A stretch of 64,000 nucleotides of DNA. Origin: an uncultured Thermoanaerobaculia bacterium (GTDB lineage: Bacteria > Acidobacteriota > Thermoanaerobaculia > Multivoradales > JAGPDF01). Position 1 is the stretch's first letter. Every line of letters starts with the position of its first letter. This document shows positions 62,601 to 64,000 of this stretch, in pieces. Position numbers and translations under genes: made by a program. The notes below the pieces were generated by a model. The model had not been told where the DNA came from and ran no database searches. It worked only from the letters and a program-made list of their open reading frames with translations. The stretch spans positions 46,569 to 110,568 of the forward strand of contig CAZPZW010000001.1 of the NCBI GenBank assembly GCA_964591165.1, written 5' to 3'.

Positions 62601-63127
62601 TCCTGGAGCTCGAGGAAGAAGTTCTCGCGGCCGAACGTCTCGAGATACATGCGCGCGGTGGTCTCGGCCTCCGCCTCGCGGTTGGCCAGAATCCGCTCGT
62701 TGATCTCGCCCTTGAGGCATGCGGAGAGCGCGATCAGCCCGTCGGAATGCCGGCGCAGCAGCTCGTGGTCGATCCGTGGCTTGTAGTAGAAGCCGTCGAG
62801 GTAGGAGCGGGTGGTCAGCTTGATGAGATTGCGGTAGCCCGTCTCGTTGCGCGCCAACAGCACCAGATGGTTGCTCCCGCCGCGGGCCGGATTACGCTCC
62901 GTCATGCTCCCTTGGGCTACGTAGGCCTCGATGCCGAGGATCGGCTTGATGCCCGCTCGCCTCGCACTGTCGTAGAACTCGATCGCCCCGAAGAGGTTTC
63001 CGTGATCGGTCAGCGCCAGCGCGGGCATTCCCGCCTCGGCGGCCGCCTGCACGACGTCGTCGAGGCGGTTCGCCCCGTCGAGCAGGCTGTACTGACTGTG
63101 CAGATGCAGGTGGACGAAGTCCGACAT
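59681..63127 (-). CDS. dnaE: DNA polymerase III alpha subunit
   Basis: PHP domain (HLHLHSQYSLLDGA), polymerase core and OB-fold. 1148 aa. Confidence 0.95.
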   Translation of the reverse strand: MSDFVHLHLHSQYSLLDGANRLDDVVQAAAEAGMPALALTDHGNLFGAIEFYDSARRAGIKPILGIEAYVAQGSMTERNPARGGSNHLVLLARNETGYRNLIKLTTRSYLDGFYYKPRIDHELLRRHSDGLIALSACLKGEINERILANREAEAETTARMYLETFGRENFFLELQDHGIPEQRAANEVLRRLSRKLGLETVITNDCHYLKQDDAFAHDVLLCIGTQRMLADEDRLRYATDQFYLKGADEISRLFPQDRRAMENTLAVAERCSVEILSDKFHLPEFPVPPGESLETYFARMASDGLDQRLAEIARRGGDRAGLSPEIYRERLRFEIDVIRRMGFAGYFLIVWDFIRFAREHEIPVGPGRGSAAGSLVSYALRITDIDPLRYDLLFERFLNPERISLPDIDIDFCMRRRGEVIQYVNEKYGRDRVAQIITFGTLAAKGVLRDVGRVMGLPFAKMDRVAKLLPDMTRSLSEAAKTVDSLVTEAARDPEIKRVVEVGSRLEGLTRHASVHAAGVVIAPCPIDELVPLYKTNRDEVTTQWDMKAVERLGLLKMDFLGLKTVTVVDDTLRTLKMQGKELDLDAVPLDDPAVFKLFCDGRTNGIFQFESSGMKDMLRRAQPSRFEELAAFNALYRPGALSVGMVDEFIQRKLGRRKVQYILAETRPILEETYGVIAYQEQVMQIAVAVGGFTMGEADVLRKAMGKKKPEVMAEQKEKFVAGAAARGVAPKKAQELWEYIEPFAGYGFNKSHSVAYAMLAYKTAYLKTHHPVAFMAAMLSCEMGATDEIVKYVSEAREMGIRVLPPDVNASEWTFTVVGDSIRYGLGAIKGLGEAAGAAILAARRRLGRFADLGQLIAEVDPHAVNQKVFEALVKSGACDAFGGHRAAHFTALGSLGEHAQRRRREMEEGQGNLFGSALARATPSLPAAEPWSESDRLRQEKEALGFYLSGNPLVEYEGRLRRLVSHTAAQLRAGYQGAATIGGLVTRISRSKIKSGPNAGRVMGRFVLEDLTGGIAVTLFADQLQKYDPLLREDAALLVKGQVRERGAEVEMSAEELAPLAAAADRIAPALRVALDRALPISEMLRLRDLLTEHPGDSAVEFEIRLDESAVRVAPQERFKVEFTPALVREIEAIVGAGRVRRLDA

Positions 63128-63141
63128 CGCGGTCGTACGAA

Positions 63142-63693
63142 TCAGCTGCGCTCGGTCATGTGGTTTGCGCGATAGATGTACTCGATGCCGGAGCCGAGCG
63201 TGAACAGCGCGACGAGGTAGACGGCGACCGTGGCGACGATCTCGAGCTGCGGGCCGCGGCTGGACAGCAGCACCAGGATCACGGTCCCGACCTGCGTGCC
63301 TGTGTTGAGCTTGGAGAGCGGCGTCGGCGGGAACTGCGAGATTCCCTGCGCCAAGTAGAGGATCAGCGCGACGACCACGATGACCACGTCGCGGGTGATG
63401 ACCAGAGCCGTCACCCAGGCGGGGATCACCAGCCCCTCGCGCAGCCCCGGAATCGATAGCACCACGTAGGCCGTAACGAGCAGGAGCTTGTCGGCCATCG
63501 GATCGAGGTAGGCGCCGAGAGCCGACTGCTGCTTCCAGAAACGCGCGATGAAGCCGTCCAGGGCGTCGGTAACGCCGGCGACCGCGAACACCCAGAGCGC
63601 TTGCGTGCTGTCGCCGTCGAGGACCGCGACGACGAACCAGGGGATCAACCCCATGCGCAGCAGCGAGAGCAGGTTGGGAACGGTCAGGTTCAT
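63142..63693 (-). CDS. pgsA: CDP-diacylglycerol--glycerol-3-phosphate 3-phosphatidyltransferase
   Basis: CDP-alcohol phosphatidyltransferase motif (DALDGFIAR...GAYLDPMADK). Start at MNLTVPN (63693). Confidence 0.85.
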   Translation of the reverse strand: MNLTVPNLLSLLRMGLIPWFVVAVLDGDSTQALWVFAVAGVTDALDGFIARFWKQQSALGAYLDPMADKLLLVTAYVVLSIPGLREGLVIPAWVTALVITRDVVIVVVALILYLAQGISQFPPTPLSKLNTGTQVGTVILVLLSSRGPQLEIVATVAVYLVALFTLGSGIEYIYRANHMTERS

Positions 63694-63983
63694 CGGCTCT
63701 CCATGCGGGCGAGCGCCCGGCGGAGCATCTCGACGGTCTCGTCTCCAGAGGGAGTGAGCGCGGCGCGGCACGAATCCCCGCTGGCGAGAATGCCGCAATC
63801 GACTCCCGCCTGACACAGCGCCTCTCGTCCCCGCATGGTCCCGCCCCAACAGCTCGCCGACGACTGGCCCGACTCGTCCATCAGCCGGAGCAGCGCGGCC
63901 ACCGCCTCGCTCGAACGCAACGGCGCGTCGGGGGCGAAGTGATGCAGTGTCTCGTCGATCGTCATCAGACCCAGGTTCACCAC
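63690..63983 (-). CDS. Hypothetical Cys-containing protein (possibly 5'-incomplete at window edge)
   Basis: ORF with four Cys residues (SCWGG...CQAGVDCGIL...SCRAAL). Its stop overlaps the pgsA ATG (ATGA). The frame stays open to the window end, so the true start may lie beyond 64000. Confidence 0.3.
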   Translation of the reverse strand: MVNLGLMTIDETLHHFAPDAPLRSSEAVAALLRLMDESGQSSASCWGGTMRGREALCQAGVDCGILASGDSCRAALTPSGDETVEMLRRALARMESR

Positions 63984-64000
63984 TCGCGCGATCTCGCTCT

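Overview
This 64-kb window is about 70% GC and reads as a gene-dense core chromosomal region of a diderm (LPS-containing) bacterium. Taxon was not determined. It contains no mobile elements, CRISPR arrays or rRNA. Genes recognised, roughly in order:
- priA (5' truncated), accA, recJ
- an LPS-transport and sigma-54 regulatory block: a fused LptC/LptA-like protein, lptB, rpoN, hpf, hprK, rapZ, a mannose-family PTS EIIA, ptsH and ptsI
- a cupin, a lipoprotein, miaB and a DUF151 nuclease
- parA-parB
- queD
- a fused LptF-LptG permease
- polX, metK, a YjjX-like NTPase, a TrmH-family methyltransferase, etfBA
- a complete Tol-Pal cluster (tolQ-tolR-tolA-tolB-pal-cpoB) and rpsT
- a minus-strand, translationally coupled chain: SDR gene, membrane protein, ribH, nusB, transglutaminase-like gene, leuS, lptE
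- tRNA-Pro(GGG), a MerR-family regulator, der, tRNA-Leu(CAG)
- a five-gene ACP / hotdog dehydratase / FabG-like reductase / NodB-type deacetylase / GT2 cluster
- nuoAEFGHJKLMN followed by rex, with a Rex-type operator abutting the nuoA start
- a lone pseudopilin, rsmD, a coupled hypothetical, cca, dnaE, pgsA, and a partial Cys-rich ORF at the window edge

The most unusual points:
- the nuo operon lacks nuoB, nuoC, nuoD and nuoI (the Q-module)
- a Rex operator candidate sits at nuoA and rex itself follows nuoN
- the Lpt components are fused (LptC/LptA and LptF/LptG)
- the ACP-dependent GT2/deacetylase cluster next to tRNA-Leu has no obvious assigned pathway

Many of the long ORFs in the six-frame track are high-GC shadow ORFs and were rejected.
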